This document shows, piece by piece, positions 22,908 to 32,083 of a DNA stretch of 64,000 nt. The DNA is from Armatimonadota bacterium. Its GTDB lineage: Bacteria > Armatimonadota > SYMT01. Every line of letters begins with the position of its first letter. Within the stretch, counting starts at the first letter, position 1. The stretch covers positions 32,001 through 96,000 of the forward strand of contig JBKBRF010000009.1 in assembly GCA_046292385.1 (NCBI GenBank). The letters are read 5' to 3'. A program made the translations under genes and the position numbers. The notes under the pieces were generated by a model. The model saw only the letters and a list, made by a program, of their open reading frames with translations. It made no database searches and had not been told where the DNA came from.

Positions 22908-23073
22908 ACCCTGTTCCTCCCGGCGGTCCTTACGAGGGACGAGCCCGTTCGAGACGTGCGGCCCCGGAGGGCCGAGAAAGCTCCGTTCACCCGCGTGACC
23001 AGCAACGGTCCTGGCTGCGGGAACCCGGGCATTCTAGCAGAGGCCTCTCCGGCCTGTCGAGCGAGGGACAGGG

Positions 23074-23273
23074 GAGGGATGAGGGATGAGGGATGAAGGC
23101 GGAAGGATGAGGGATGAAACCGAACCACCGGCGCGGGAGAGCCCTTCGGTTGCCGGGAGTGCTGCCGGCAGCTCGGAGGGCCAGTGGAGAACGAGAACGA
23201 GAACGAGAAGGAGAAGGAGCGCCCGGACGCGGGAGGTTCGGCTTCATCCCTCAGCCTTCATCCCTCATCCTTC
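23074..23273. repeat. Bipartite inverted element of GAGGGAT/GAAGGAT heptamers with internal (GAGAAC)3(GAGAAG)2
   Basis: Left arm 23074-23126 ends GAAACCGAACC. Right arm 23235-23273 starts GGTTCGGCTTC. Hexamer run at 23187-23216. Confidence 0.85.
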
Positions 23274-23296
23274 GAGACATCCCCCATCCCCTTTGC

Positions 23297-23671
23297 TTAC
23301 ATGTCCCGCCCGCGAGAGCAGTACGCCGCGATGATCTCCAGCAGGAGACCGAGGTTCCCGTCTTTGCGGAAGTAGCTGGAGAAGCCGTCGTTGAGAAGCT
23401 GGGGCGTGGACGGGCCGCTGGTGAGCAGGATGACGGGGGTCTGGCGCGCGAGCGGGTCGCCGGCGGGGTCGAGTCTGCGCTCCCGCAGCAGGCGCTCTTC
23501 CAGCAGGATCACGGCGGGGCGCGAGCCGTCCCGCAGCAGCAGTCCCGCCTCCGCCGGAGACGGGGCCGCTACGGCGCGAAAACCACTCTCGCGCAGCCAG
23601 TGCGCCAGTACGTGGGCGGCTTGAGTGTCGTCATCTACCACGAGGACGACGCCGCTCTCTTTTCCATCCAT
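23297..23671 (-). CDS. Single-domain atypical receiver protein
   Basis: VLVVDDD, PAVILLEE (Glu at the phospho-Asp position), PVILLTS, YFRK. Confidence 0.72.
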   Translation of the reverse strand: MDGKESGVVLVVDDDTQAAHVLAHWLRESGFRAVAAPSPAEAGLLLRDGSRPAVILLEERLLRERRLDPAGDPLARQTPVILLTSGPSTPQLLNDGFSSYFRKDGNLGLLLEIIAAYCSRGRDM

Positions 23672-23863
23672 GGTTGGCTCATCGGGCCGCAGTGCCGTTG
23701 GCCCGTTTCCGGGCGGTTGCTCCGCCCTGTCTCCACAGGATGCCAGAGGACTCCTCGGGCTTCACTGTGCTATGGATACGTTTCCTGGACGGAGGCGCGC
23801 TTCCCTGACTCGCCGTAAGTCACCCCCGACGCATCTAGTGGTGCCGGTTACTTCTGATGTGTG

Positions 23864-23953
23864 GGAGTGGGAGCAAGGGAGAGTGGGAGATCCGCTCTCG
23901 TATGCAGCTTCTCAAGCTCGCCCTCTCCCCCACTCTCCCTTGCCAGATCCACC
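23864..23953. repeat. Bipartite inverted element of GGGAGAGT/GGGAGCAA octamers, copy 1
   Basis: GGAGTGGGAGCAAGGGAGAGTGGGAG ... CTCCCCCACTCTCCCTTGCCAGATCCACC. An inverted copy lies at 37230-37399. Confidence 0.85.
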
Positions 23954-24093
23954 TATCAATCCCGGTCTCACGGCGAGATAGCCCCGGGTGCGCTCCGACT
24001 TAAAGAAGCCTCGCGCCGGCTGGCCGGCCCCGCGCCCGACCCGGTGTCAGTCTGCCTCGCTCCGGGTAGAGCTTTGCCGGGAGGAGTGCAGAT

Positions 24094-24486
24094 ATGCAGG
24101 ATGACACTCGACGTCTCACCGTGGCCCGGGAACATCTCCAGCAGGCGTACGAAGAGGTAACGCTGGCGATCAGCAACACGGAGGAGTCGATCGCGCAGGC
24201 CGCCATGGGGCGGGCATTGAACCACCTCGACATGGTGTGGCGGCGGCTGGAGCACCAGCGGCAGCGGGTCAGTCGCGAGCCGCTGCTGAGTACCGTGGAG
24301 CGCGCCTTCGTCGCCTCGCGGGAGGCGTGGCAGGGCACGCACGACGCGCTGAATGACTGGGACACCGCGCGGCGCGGGAACCTGGACCGCGTGCGCAACG
24401 CGATCCTGCAGGCGACCTCCGCGGTCGACGACGCCTGCGCGGAGGACACCACGGAAGAGGCGCAGCGGGCCGGGGCGAGCGCCTGA
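24094..24486 (+). CDS. Hypothetical alpha-helical protein
   Basis: GGAGGAG RBS, high GC3, 130 aa with helical-bundle-like composition. Confidence 0.75.
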   Translation: MQDDTRRLTVAREHLQQAYEEVTLAISNTEESIAQAAMGRALNHLDMVWRRLEHQRQRVSREPLLSTVERAFVASREAWQGTHDALNDWDTARRGNLDRVRNAILQATSAVDDACAEDTTEEAQRAGASA

Positions 24487-24492
24487 CGCTGC

Positions 24493-24590
24493 TGCAGGTT
24501 AGTTAACAGGTTGCAGGTTAGCAGGTTGCAGGTTTCGGACCGAGGTTCACTCGGAGCGGCCTGCAACCTGCAACTTGCTACCCTGTTAAC
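24493..24590. repeat. Bipartite inverted element of (A)GCAGGTT units, copy 2
   Basis: GTTAACAGGTTGCAGGTTAGCAGGTTGCAGG ... CCTGCAACCTGCAACTTGCTACCCTGTTAAC. Overlaps the stop codon of the alpha-2-macroglobulin gene. Confidence 0.85.
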
Positions 24591-27500
24591 GCGAAGCCCC
24601 GACGCGCTCGGCGATGGTGATGCGGCCCTCGTCCGAGATGCACCGCACCAGCGGCGCGTACATGGCGTAGCCGGAGAGCGGCAGCGCGTGGAAGCTGCCG
24701 GGCGCCTCCGCCCGCAGCCGGTAGGTCAGCATGCGCGTGCCCTGGGGCAGCTCGGTAATGAAGAACGCCACGCGGTCGTCCCGCAGCTCGACGTTGCTGC
24801 AGAGCCCTTCCCCGTAGCGGGCGCCGCTGCGGAGCTCCACCGGCTCGCAGCCGGCCGGCTTCATGTCCTCGAACACCAGGTGCGTGAAGCGGTTCTTGCT
24901 CTCCAGCACCAGCTCTACCTCAAGCAGGTCGCCGCTGTCGAGCGGCGCTCCCGGGGCGAGGAGCACGCGGTGGTAGCCGTCTGCCGTCTTCTCACCCTTC
25001 TCCACGCCGGAGGGGGTGCGGGTGAGCCGGAAGTAGCGGCGGCGGACGCTGATCTCATTGCCGGCGGGCTGGATGTCTTCCTCGAAGCTGAAGTACTGGA
25101 GCGCCGCCGTGTAGTAGAGCGTGCCGGCGCCCGTGCGGCTCACGGTGACCTCGCACGGCCCGCTCCCCAGCTCCGCCGCGGGGACCACCAGACGGTAGTC
25201 GCCGAGCAGCGCTTCTTCCGGCGTGAGGGTGAAGCGCTTCTCCGGCCCGCCGTTCACCCGGATGGCGGCGGTGAAGCTCGGCTTCAGCTCCCCGCGGATG
25301 CGGGCGAACTCGGAGAGAGCCTCGATCGCAAGGGCAGAGGCGCGGGTGGTGTCCCACGCGTTCCCCTGCCGGTTGACGATCAGCCAGCGCGCCGCCATCG
25401 CGGCGAGGCTGCTCTTCGGATCGACCCGCAGCAGCGCGCGCAGGCAGGTGGCGGTCGTCTCCACGTCGTGGTTCTGCCACTCCCACGCCTCGCCGACGGT
25501 CCGCGTCCAGGAGCAGGTGGAATTGGCGCGGTCGACCTTCGCCGTGTTGCTCAGCATGGCGGCGCAGACCTTCGCCTCCGCCGCCCGGCCGGTGCGCTGC
25601 AGCCCCATCGCGAGCAGCGCCAGCCCGTAGGCGTTCAGCGCCTCCCGCTTCGGGTAGACCCCCTCCGCCAGCCGCTTCCCGGCCGCGGCGGCCCGCTTGG
25701 GATCGAGCGTCAGCACGCAGCCGGCGTACGCCTGCTCGTGCAGGCTCTCGATCCCGCCCAGCGACTTCTCCAGGTAAGCAAAACCCCGCTCCAGCAGCCC
25801 CGGCGTCAGCTCCACGCCCGCCTGCTTCGCCATCGCCAGGCCTTCCAGCACGTAGGCGCTCATGTGCGGATCGCTGGGGTCGTGCTGCCACCAGCCCCAC
25901 CCGCCGTCCGCGTTCTGGAAGCGCTGCAAGCGGGAGAGCCCCTCCGCCGAGACGCTCTGCAGTCGCGACGGGTCGAACACCGGCTCCCGGCCGCGAAGCT
26001 GCTCCGGACGCGCGCGGCTCCGCAGCGCCGCCAGGTCGATCTTGAGCTCGGAGAGCGTCTTCGCGGCGACGACGCACGGCACGAACCGGCTCAGGGTCTG
26101 CTCCACGCAGCCGTACGGGTATTCGACTAGGTACGGGAGCGCCTCCAGTGCGGTCGACATCACCGAAGGGTTGAGCTGCACCACCAGCGAGCCGCCCTCC
26201 GGAGAGCGCTCCGCCGGCAGGGTGAACGGGAGGCGCACGGAGGCGTCCGGCTTCGTCTTGCTACCGCCGGAGAGCGCGCCGCTGCGGACCACGGTCTTCT
26301 CCACGCCGTGGACCTTCACCGGGAACCGCATCTCCATCGCGTCGCCCTGCTCGCCCGCTTCCGCACGGACCCGGACCTTCGCCTCGCCGGAGCGGTCGAC
26401 CCGCACCCGCCAGTCGACCCGCGCCTCGCCGCCCTGCGGCACCTCCACCCACTGCTCCAACACGCCGGCCGCGGCGGAAACCGGCGGGGGCGCGGCGGCG
26501 TCGCCCGGGACCAGGAGATCGGCGCGCGGGACGAAGACCGGCTGCGGCTGCGGCGGTCCCGGCGCGGCGGCCCCGGCGGGCGCCAGCGTGCCGCCTTCGA
26601 GCTGCAGCGAGACGCGCACCCGCCGCGTCTCCTCCGTGTAGTTGTGGACGTTGGCGGAGAGCGTCACCTCGTCGCGCTCCACGAAGAAGCGCGGGGACTG
26701 CAGGCGCACCAGGAAGTCTTTGTAGGTCTCCACGGAGGCGCTTCCCTCGCCGCCGCGCGCGTCCGGCGTCCAGCCCACCGCGGTCGCGCGCCAGCGAGTC
26801 AGGTTGTCCGGCCAGACCACCTCTACCGTCGCCTCGCCGTTCTCGTCGGTCACCACGGACGGCAGCCAGAGCGCGGTGTCCTGGAAGTCACTCCGCACGC
26901 GGAGCGAGTCCGCGAGAAGGCGCGGCTTGCGAGCGATGGTCGACTCGACTCGACCGCCCAGCTCCGGCTGCGCCGTGGCCGAAACTTCGGCGGCTACGGC
27001 GCCGATGTTAACCTCCCTAGCCAGCCTTCCCAACTCGGAGCGATGGCGTCGCGGCGTCCAGACGCCAAGCACATCTACCGCGTCCCCAGCGCCGAGCTTT
27101 CCGAGCCCGGCGGCGAGGGAGTCATCGTCCCTCTCGCTCTTGAGCGGGGGCTGTGAGTCCGCGTCCAGGCTCCCGAAGGTCTGCTCGGCGCTCGTCTCGG
27201 ATCGGACGTAGCTGCCGCTGTAGGCATCCTTCAGGAACGCTGCGAGGGTTCCAAGCTCCTCCGGCTGGATGTAGGTCAGCGATTCATCGATCACGCCGAC
27301 ACTCGCCTCCGCGCGGACGCCCCGCCCGCGAGCATCGAGGGTGCGGATCCGGAGCGTCGTCTTCTCCCCGGGCTGGACGCGGGCGGTGGCGGCCGTCACC
27401 TCCACCCGGAGATCGCGCGAGGAGCCGACCACCTGCAAATTCGCGAGGTCCTGCAGGAACACGCCGTCCCGTACCCCATAGAGGCCCAACGTTACGCCGG

Positions 27501-30500
27501 GCAGGTGGGCGCCCGTGACCGGCACTTCCAGCACCGAGAAGTTGCCACGGGTGGTGACGGAGCGGCGACTCAGAAGCCGGTGGTCCGCCTCTTCAGAGAG
27601 CATCAGGTGGAGGTCCGGCCGGCGGGAGACCACCAGCAGCCGCGCCGTGTCTCCGGGGCGATACGTCGCCTGCTCCGCCAGCACCACCAGCTCCTCGTCG
27701 ACCTTGAGCCCGTCGGCGGCGGCGTCTCCGGCAATCCACACGCGCTCCCGGGTGATCGACTTCCCTTCGCGCCCATCCAGCGCCTCGAAGACGATCTCGT
27801 ACAGGCCGCCGCGCCGCGGAGTCCAGTCGAGCCGGGCCGTGCCGCCGGCGTCGGTGCGGACCGACTGCCGATGCGACTCCGCCTCGCGATAGCCGCTCTC
27901 AGAGTCGGCATCGCCAGTGAGCCGCATGACGCGCAGCGTGCCCGAAGCGGCCACGGCATCCCCGCCCGGCACAGAAGTCCGCAGCTCAGCCGCGACGCGA
28001 TCGCCGGAGGAGAAGAAGCTGCGGGCGAGCCGGATCTCGCCCTGCACCAGCGAGGCCAGCGCGCGGACCTCTCCCTTCGCCTCGATGGTCCGGCGGCTGG
28101 CGTCGGTGACTTCCGCCACCACCTCGAAGCGGGCGTGCGCGTCCTTCTCCCCCGGATAGGGCAGAGCTACGAACTCGATCGACGCCTCGCCGCGAGCGTT
28201 CGTCGCGGCGGTCCCCTGCGCGATCTCCTCGCGAGCCCACTCTCTCACCGGGTACGTGAACCGCGTGGACGGCTGCCATTCGTGCCGGAAGACCCGGTAC
28301 TGCACCCGTCCGTTTGCCACCGGCTCGCCGAAGTAGTACCGGGCCGCGATGGTGGCGCTCACCCGCTCGCCGATCCGCACCGGCGCCGCCCCGACCTTCG
28401 GGGTGACCTGGACCTCGAACTCCGGCTTCTTGTACTCCTCCACCCGGAAGGTGCCGGCGATCCGCTCGCGGTCCTCACCCCGTCCCCAGGCGGCGAGGAC
28501 GGTGTACTCCCCGAGAAGCGCCCCCGGGCTCAGTTCGAAGGAGCCGTGCAGCGTTCCAAAGGCGCCGGTGGACAGGTCCTTCGTCGCCAGGTACGACTCA
28601 TCCGGTGCCTGGAGGCGGACCCGCACCTTCTGATCGGTCATCGACTTCCATGCCCGCTGCTCGTCGCGCGTGGCGAGCAGGGCGCGGTAGTGGACCGTCT
28701 GCCCGGGCCGGTAGACCGGACGCTCCGTGTAGAGATAGACCTGTCCGGAGTCGCCCGCGTCCGCCTGGCGAGAGGCCCAGTTGCTCCCCGTGACCGCGTA
28801 GCGGTCGCCTTTCCAGGCGAAAGTGACCACGCTGTCGCTGCTTACGCCCTCCGGAGAGAGCTGCTTATCGGCGAAGCCGTTCTCATCCGTGGCGATCGTG
28901 GCCGCAGAGATCTTGCTCTTGCCCGCTTTGTCGTCGTACAGCTCGCGGATGATCGCGGAGGCTTCCGCCACCGGGGCGCCGGTGACGGCGTTCACCACGC
29001 GGGCGTAGGCGCGTTGGCCGTCGACCACCTGCACCACGGCGAGGTCGGTGATCAGGAGCAGCACGGCGGAGTGGACCTTTCCCCCGTCGGCCTCGATCAC
29101 GTAGGCACCGTTCGACGTGAAGGGCGCCTCGATCTGCCGGGTCACGGCGGAATGGTCGTCCGAGTCGGTCAGCGGCGCCTCCCAGGTGACCGGCTCCCCC
29201 TGCGCGAACTTCCGGGCGCCCTTCTCGCGCCCGATCCGCTGGAGGAGGTCCTCCAGGCCGCTCTCCGTCTTCAGCAGCACGGCCGGCTGCTTCACCATCT
29301 CTTCCAGCTTCACGCGGTACCCGGTTAGCTGGACGCTCTTCAGGTTGCGCGCGCGGACCGTCATCTTCGGCTTCACGCCGGGGAGTTGGGGCGCGGGCGC
29401 CGCGATCTCGAGGTGGAGCCGCGTAATCGCGGCGATCGCCTGCTGCGCCGCAGGGGTCCAGGCACCCTGCGGATGCTCCTTCACCAGCGCCTCGTAGCTC
29501 GCCGCGGCTTCCGTGTACTTCCCGTCCGCAGCGAGCCAGTCGCCGAGAAGCAGCCGCGCCCGCTGCGGTTCCGGCTTCTCCGGGAAGTCCTTGACTACGC
29601 TCCGGAGCAGGTCGTCGGGGTTCCGGCTCTGATACGGGTACGGCGGGAGCTTGACCTCGGGGCGGTCGCCATAGCCGACCAACTCCCAGCGCATCAGCCT
29701 CTGCACCTTCTCGTGGTAGTCGCGCAGCCAGATCGCCTGGGCCAGCCGCGCGCGCGGCTTCTGCGTCTCGGTGCCGATCTTCTCCACCGCCAGGTAGAGC
29801 TGGAGCGCCTTCCGGGGTAGGCCCCAGTCGGCGCTGTACTTCGCGTCCGGATCGAGCTTCCAGCTCGCGTGGTCGGGCGCCGGCCACTTCCGCTCCCTCG
29901 CCCACGCGTCGAGCTGGGTGCCGGTGAGAACGCGCACCAGGTCGGCGGCGTGGTCCGCCTGCTCCGGCGCCGCTTCCGGAATCTGGGCGCGGAGGCGGTC
30001 GTACAGCAGGTAGGCTTCTTCGCCGAACTGGACCGCCTTCCGCTGGTCTTCCGCCGTCAGGTCGATCCGCTCCGGGCGCTCCGGGGAGTCGACCTGCGGC
30101 ACGTCCTCCCCGCGGAAGTAGCGGCCCCCCACCTTCCACCCGCCGTGCGGGACCATCAGGTAGAGCTGCATCAGCCAGGCGCGCGACCGCGCGTCCCAGA
30201 TCGTATTCTTGTAGCGCTCGGCGATGACGAGGGCGTGGTTGGTCGCGCGGTCCCACTGCTCGGTCAGGCCGACGCAGCGCGCCATGGTGTAGTCGACCTG
30301 CGCCACCCGCTCCGCCGGCACCTGCTTTTTGGCCTGCGCCGAGGAGTAGAGACGCAGCGCGTCCGCCCAGCGCTTCTCCGCGTAGGCGCGGTCCGCCTGC
30401 GCCAGCAGGCTCTCCTCCACGGGAGCCGCGGCGGGCTTCGACTTCTCCGCGCTCGCCGCCGGCTTTTCGGCCGGCTTCGCCGCCGTCGGCTTCGCGGCGG

Positions 30501-30690
30501 CAGGCTTTTTCGCCGCGGGCGACTTCGCGGCAGCGGCAGGCTTCTTCGCCGCGTCCGCTTTCTTCCGCGCAGAGGCGGCCGGCTTCGGCTTCTCCTTGGC
30601 CCTGGAGGGCCGGGCGGTCTGCGCCAGGAGCGATTGGCCCGAAAAGAGCGTGCCCAGGCAGAGCAGCAGCGAGAGGAAGCGTGGCGACAT
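24586..30690 (-). CDS. Bacterial alpha-2-macroglobulin family protein
   Basis: Signal peptide from MSPRFLSLLLC. Motifs YTERPVYRPG, FRVEEYKKPEF, WPDNLTRW, thioester YPYGCVEQT, DGGWGWW, ELRDDRV. Confidence 0.93.
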   Translation of the reverse strand: MSPRFLSLLLCLGTLFSGQSLLAQTARPSRAKEKPKPAASARKKADAAKKPAAAAKSPAAKKPAAAKPTAAKPAEKPAASAEKSKPAAAPVEESLLAQADRAYAEKRWADALRLYSSAQAKKQVPAERVAQVDYTMARCVGLTEQWDRATNHALVIAERYKNTIWDARSRAWLMQLYLMVPHGGWKVGGRYFRGEDVPQVDSPERPERIDLTAEDQRKAVQFGEEAYLLYDRLRAQIPEAAPEQADHAADLVRVLTGTQLDAWARERKWPAPDHASWKLDPDAKYSADWGLPRKALQLYLAVEKIGTETQKPRARLAQAIWLRDYHEKVQRLMRWELVGYGDRPEVKLPPYPYQSRNPDDLLRSVVKDFPEKPEPQRARLLLGDWLAADGKYTEAAASYEALVKEHPQGAWTPAAQQAIAAITRLHLEIAAPAPQLPGVKPKMTVRARNLKSVQLTGYRVKLEEMVKQPAVLLKTESGLEDLLQRIGREKGARKFAQGEPVTWEAPLTDSDDHSAVTRQIEAPFTSNGAYVIEADGGKVHSAVLLLITDLAVVQVVDGQRAYARVVNAVTGAPVAEASAIIRELYDDKAGKSKISAATIATDENGFADKQLSPEGVSSDSVVTFAWKGDRYAVTGSNWASRQADAGDSGQVYLYTERPVYRPGQTVHYRALLATRDEQRAWKSMTDQKVRVRLQAPDESYLATKDLSTGAFGTLHGSFELSPGALLGEYTVLAAWGRGEDRERIAGTFRVEEYKKPEFEVQVTPKVGAAPVRIGERVSATIAARYYFGEPVANGRVQYRVFRHEWQPSTRFTYPVREWAREEIAQGTAATNARGEASIEFVALPYPGEKDAHARFEVVAEVTDASRRTIEAKGEVRALASLVQGEIRLARSFFSSGDRVAAELRTSVPGGDAVAASGTLRVMRLTGDADSESGYREAESHRQSVRTDAGGTARLDWTPRRGGLYEIVFEALDGREGKSITRERVWIAGDAAADGLKVDEELVVLAEQATYRPGDTARLLVVSRRPDLHLMLSEEADHRLLSRRSVTTRGNFSVLEVPVTGAHLPGVTLGLYGVRDGVFLQDLANLQVVGSSRDLRVEVTAATARVQPGEKTTLRIRTLDARGRGVRAEASVGVIDESLTYIQPEELGTLAAFLKDAYSGSYVRSETSAEQTFGSLDADSQPPLKSERDDDSLAAGLGKLGAGDAVDVLGVWTPRRHRSELGRLAREVNIGAVAAEVSATAQPELGGRVESTIARKPRLLADSLRVRSDFQDTALWLPSVVTDENGEATVEVVWPDNLTRWRATAVGWTPDARGGEGSASVETYKDFLVRLQSPRFFVERDEVTLSANVHNYTEETRRVRVSLQLEGGTLAPAGAAAPGPPQPQPVFVPRADLLVPGDAAAPPPVSAAAGVLEQWVEVPQGGEARVDWRVRVDRSGEAKVRVRAEAGEQGDAMEMRFPVKVHGVEKTVVRSGALSGGSKTKPDASVRLPFTLPAERSPEGGSLVVQLNPSVMSTALEALPYLVEYPYGCVEQTLSRFVPCVVAAKTLSELKIDLAALRSRARPEQLRGREPVFDPSRLQSVSAEGLSRLQRFQNADGGWGWWQHDPSDPHMSAYVLEGLAMAKQAGVELTPGLLERGFAYLEKSLGGIESLHEQAYAGCVLTLDPKRAAAAGKRLAEGVYPKREALNAYGLALLAMGLQRTGRAAEAKVCAAMLSNTAKVDRANSTCSWTRTVGEAWEWQNHDVETTATCLRALLRVDPKSSLAAMAARWLIVNRQGNAWDTTRASALAIEALSEFARIRGELKPSFTAAIRVNGGPEKRFTLTPEEALLGDYRLVVPAAELGSGPCEVTVSRTGAGTLYYTAALQYFSFEEDIQPAGNEISVRRRYFRLTRTPSGVEKGEKTADGYHRVLLAPGAPLDSGDLLEVELVLESKNRFTHLVFEDMKPAGCEPVELRSGARYGEGLCSNVELRDDRVAFFITELPQGTRMLTYRLRAEAPGSFHALPLSGYAMYAPLVRCISDEGRITIAERVGASR

Positions 30691-30930
30691 GGGACTGGAT
30701 CTCCGAGAAACCGCACGGAGGCCGCCGGGACGGGCTGCGGTCGGTTGCGGCGGCGGGCGAGCAGAGCGGCTCCCGGCGGCGGGAGGCAGGAGCGCCCCCC
30801 TTCCGTTCACCACGCCGCGCGGCGCGCCCTACCCGCCCCCGCCGCGGCCCAGGTTTCCCAACATTCACGCCACGGCAATAACGCGATGGCGGGGCCGCGC
30901 CGCCTGGTCGCCGCGGCAGGAGGAGACGGC

Positions 30931-31836
30931 ATGGATCTGCGTCTGGCGCCGGCGCGCACGCTGGGGAGGACCGGCGTGCAGGTGCCGCTGGTCGGCTACG
31001 GGACGGCACCCCTCGGCAAGAAGTGGTTCAAGGGCGATGCCACCCGGTGCCTGAACCACGCGATCGATCGGGGCATTACCTACCTCGACACCTCTCCGGA
31101 CTACGGCAGCGAGCCGTACGTCGGCGAGGTGATGAAGACTCGCCGGGACGAGGTCTTCCTGGCAACCAAGGTCAACAACCGCCGCAAAGAGACGGTGCTG
31201 GACGAGATCAAGGAGTCGCTCAAGAAGCTTCAGACCCACTACGTCGACCTGATCCAGGTCCACGCGGTGAACGCCTTCGCCGACCTGGAGATGGCGCTGG
31301 CGGAGGACGGTACCCTGGCGGCGCTGGAGCAAGCGCGGGACGAAGGGCTGGTCCGCTACATCGGCATTACCGGGCACGCCCGGCCGGAGATCCTGGCGGA
31401 GGCGCTGCGGAAGTACCCGTTCGACACGGTGCTCGTCGCGATCGGGATGGCGGACCGGCTGGTGACCGCGCCGGACCGCTTCCTGCTGCCGGTAGCGCGG
31501 GAGAAGAACGCCGGCGTCATCGCCATGAAGGTGCTCGGTCACGGCGAGTTCCCCAACGTGAACCTGGCACTGCGGTACTCCCTGGGACTGGAGGGGGTGA
31601 GCCTGGCGATCGTCGGCATGGACAACACCGACCAGATCGACGAGATCGTCGAGATCGCCGCCAACTACACCCCTCTCTCCGAGAGCGAGGAGGCGCAGCT
31701 CATCGAACAGGTGAAGCCGCTGGTGCAGAAGGACTACGAGGAGAGCCAGAAGGGCGCCGGCAGCCTGTTCTGGCTGCACGACAGCAACGTGATGGGTTGG
31801 AAGCAGCAGGACGAGCCGGCGCTAGTCAATTACTAG
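30931..31836 (+). CDS. Aldo/keto reductase
   Basis: Motifs RTLGRTG, YLDTSPDYG, FLATK, YVDLIQVH, IGITGH, IAMKVLG. GGAGGAG RBS. Confidence 0.92.
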   Translation: MDLRLAPARTLGRTGVQVPLVGYGTAPLGKKWFKGDATRCLNHAIDRGITYLDTSPDYGSEPYVGEVMKTRRDEVFLATKVNNRRKETVLDEIKESLKKLQTHYVDLIQVHAVNAFADLEMALAEDGTLAALEQARDEGLVRYIGITGHARPEILAEALRKYPFDTVLVAIGMADRLVTAPDRFLLPVAREKNAGVIAMKVLGHGEFPNVNLALRYSLGLEGVSLAIVGMDNTDQIDEIVEIAANYTPLSESEEAQLIEQVKPLVQKDYEESQKGAGSLFWLHDSNVMGWKQQDEPALVNY

Positions 31837-31840
31837 CCGG

Positions 31841-32080
31841 GAGATGGAAGAGGGGAGATGAAAGAGCCCGCGGCGGCGGGCCGGTCCCTCTGGCGATCGC
31901 CAAGGGTCGACTCGAGAAGAGCCTGCGCCGAGAGATCCAATCCGCGGATAATCAGGCGTCCGGAGGACGCGTGGCCGAAGGCCGGGCAGCGAGGTACTTC
32001 CAGTGCCTCGCTGCATTGCGGTGACACCGACTCACCCGCACGCCGGCAGCCGTCTCCTCTTTCATCTCCCTTCTCCGTCT
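31841..32080. repeat. Purine-rich inverted repeat pair enclosing ~190 bp
   Basis: GGGAGATGAAAGAG (ending 31866) / CTCTTTCATCTCCC (from 32057), extending imperfectly. Lies between convergent genes. Confidence 0.6.
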
Positions 32081-32083
32081 TGT

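Noticed and set aside
23074..23273. Possible CRISPR array or T-box leader upstream of thrS
   Set aside because: Units are 6-7 nt with no unique spacers, no cas genes are present, and I found no T-box consensus.
30420..30600. Repetitive GCC/TTC-rich DNA in the macroglobulin 5' region
   Set aside because: Explained by an Ala/Lys/Pro low-complexity linker in the protein.
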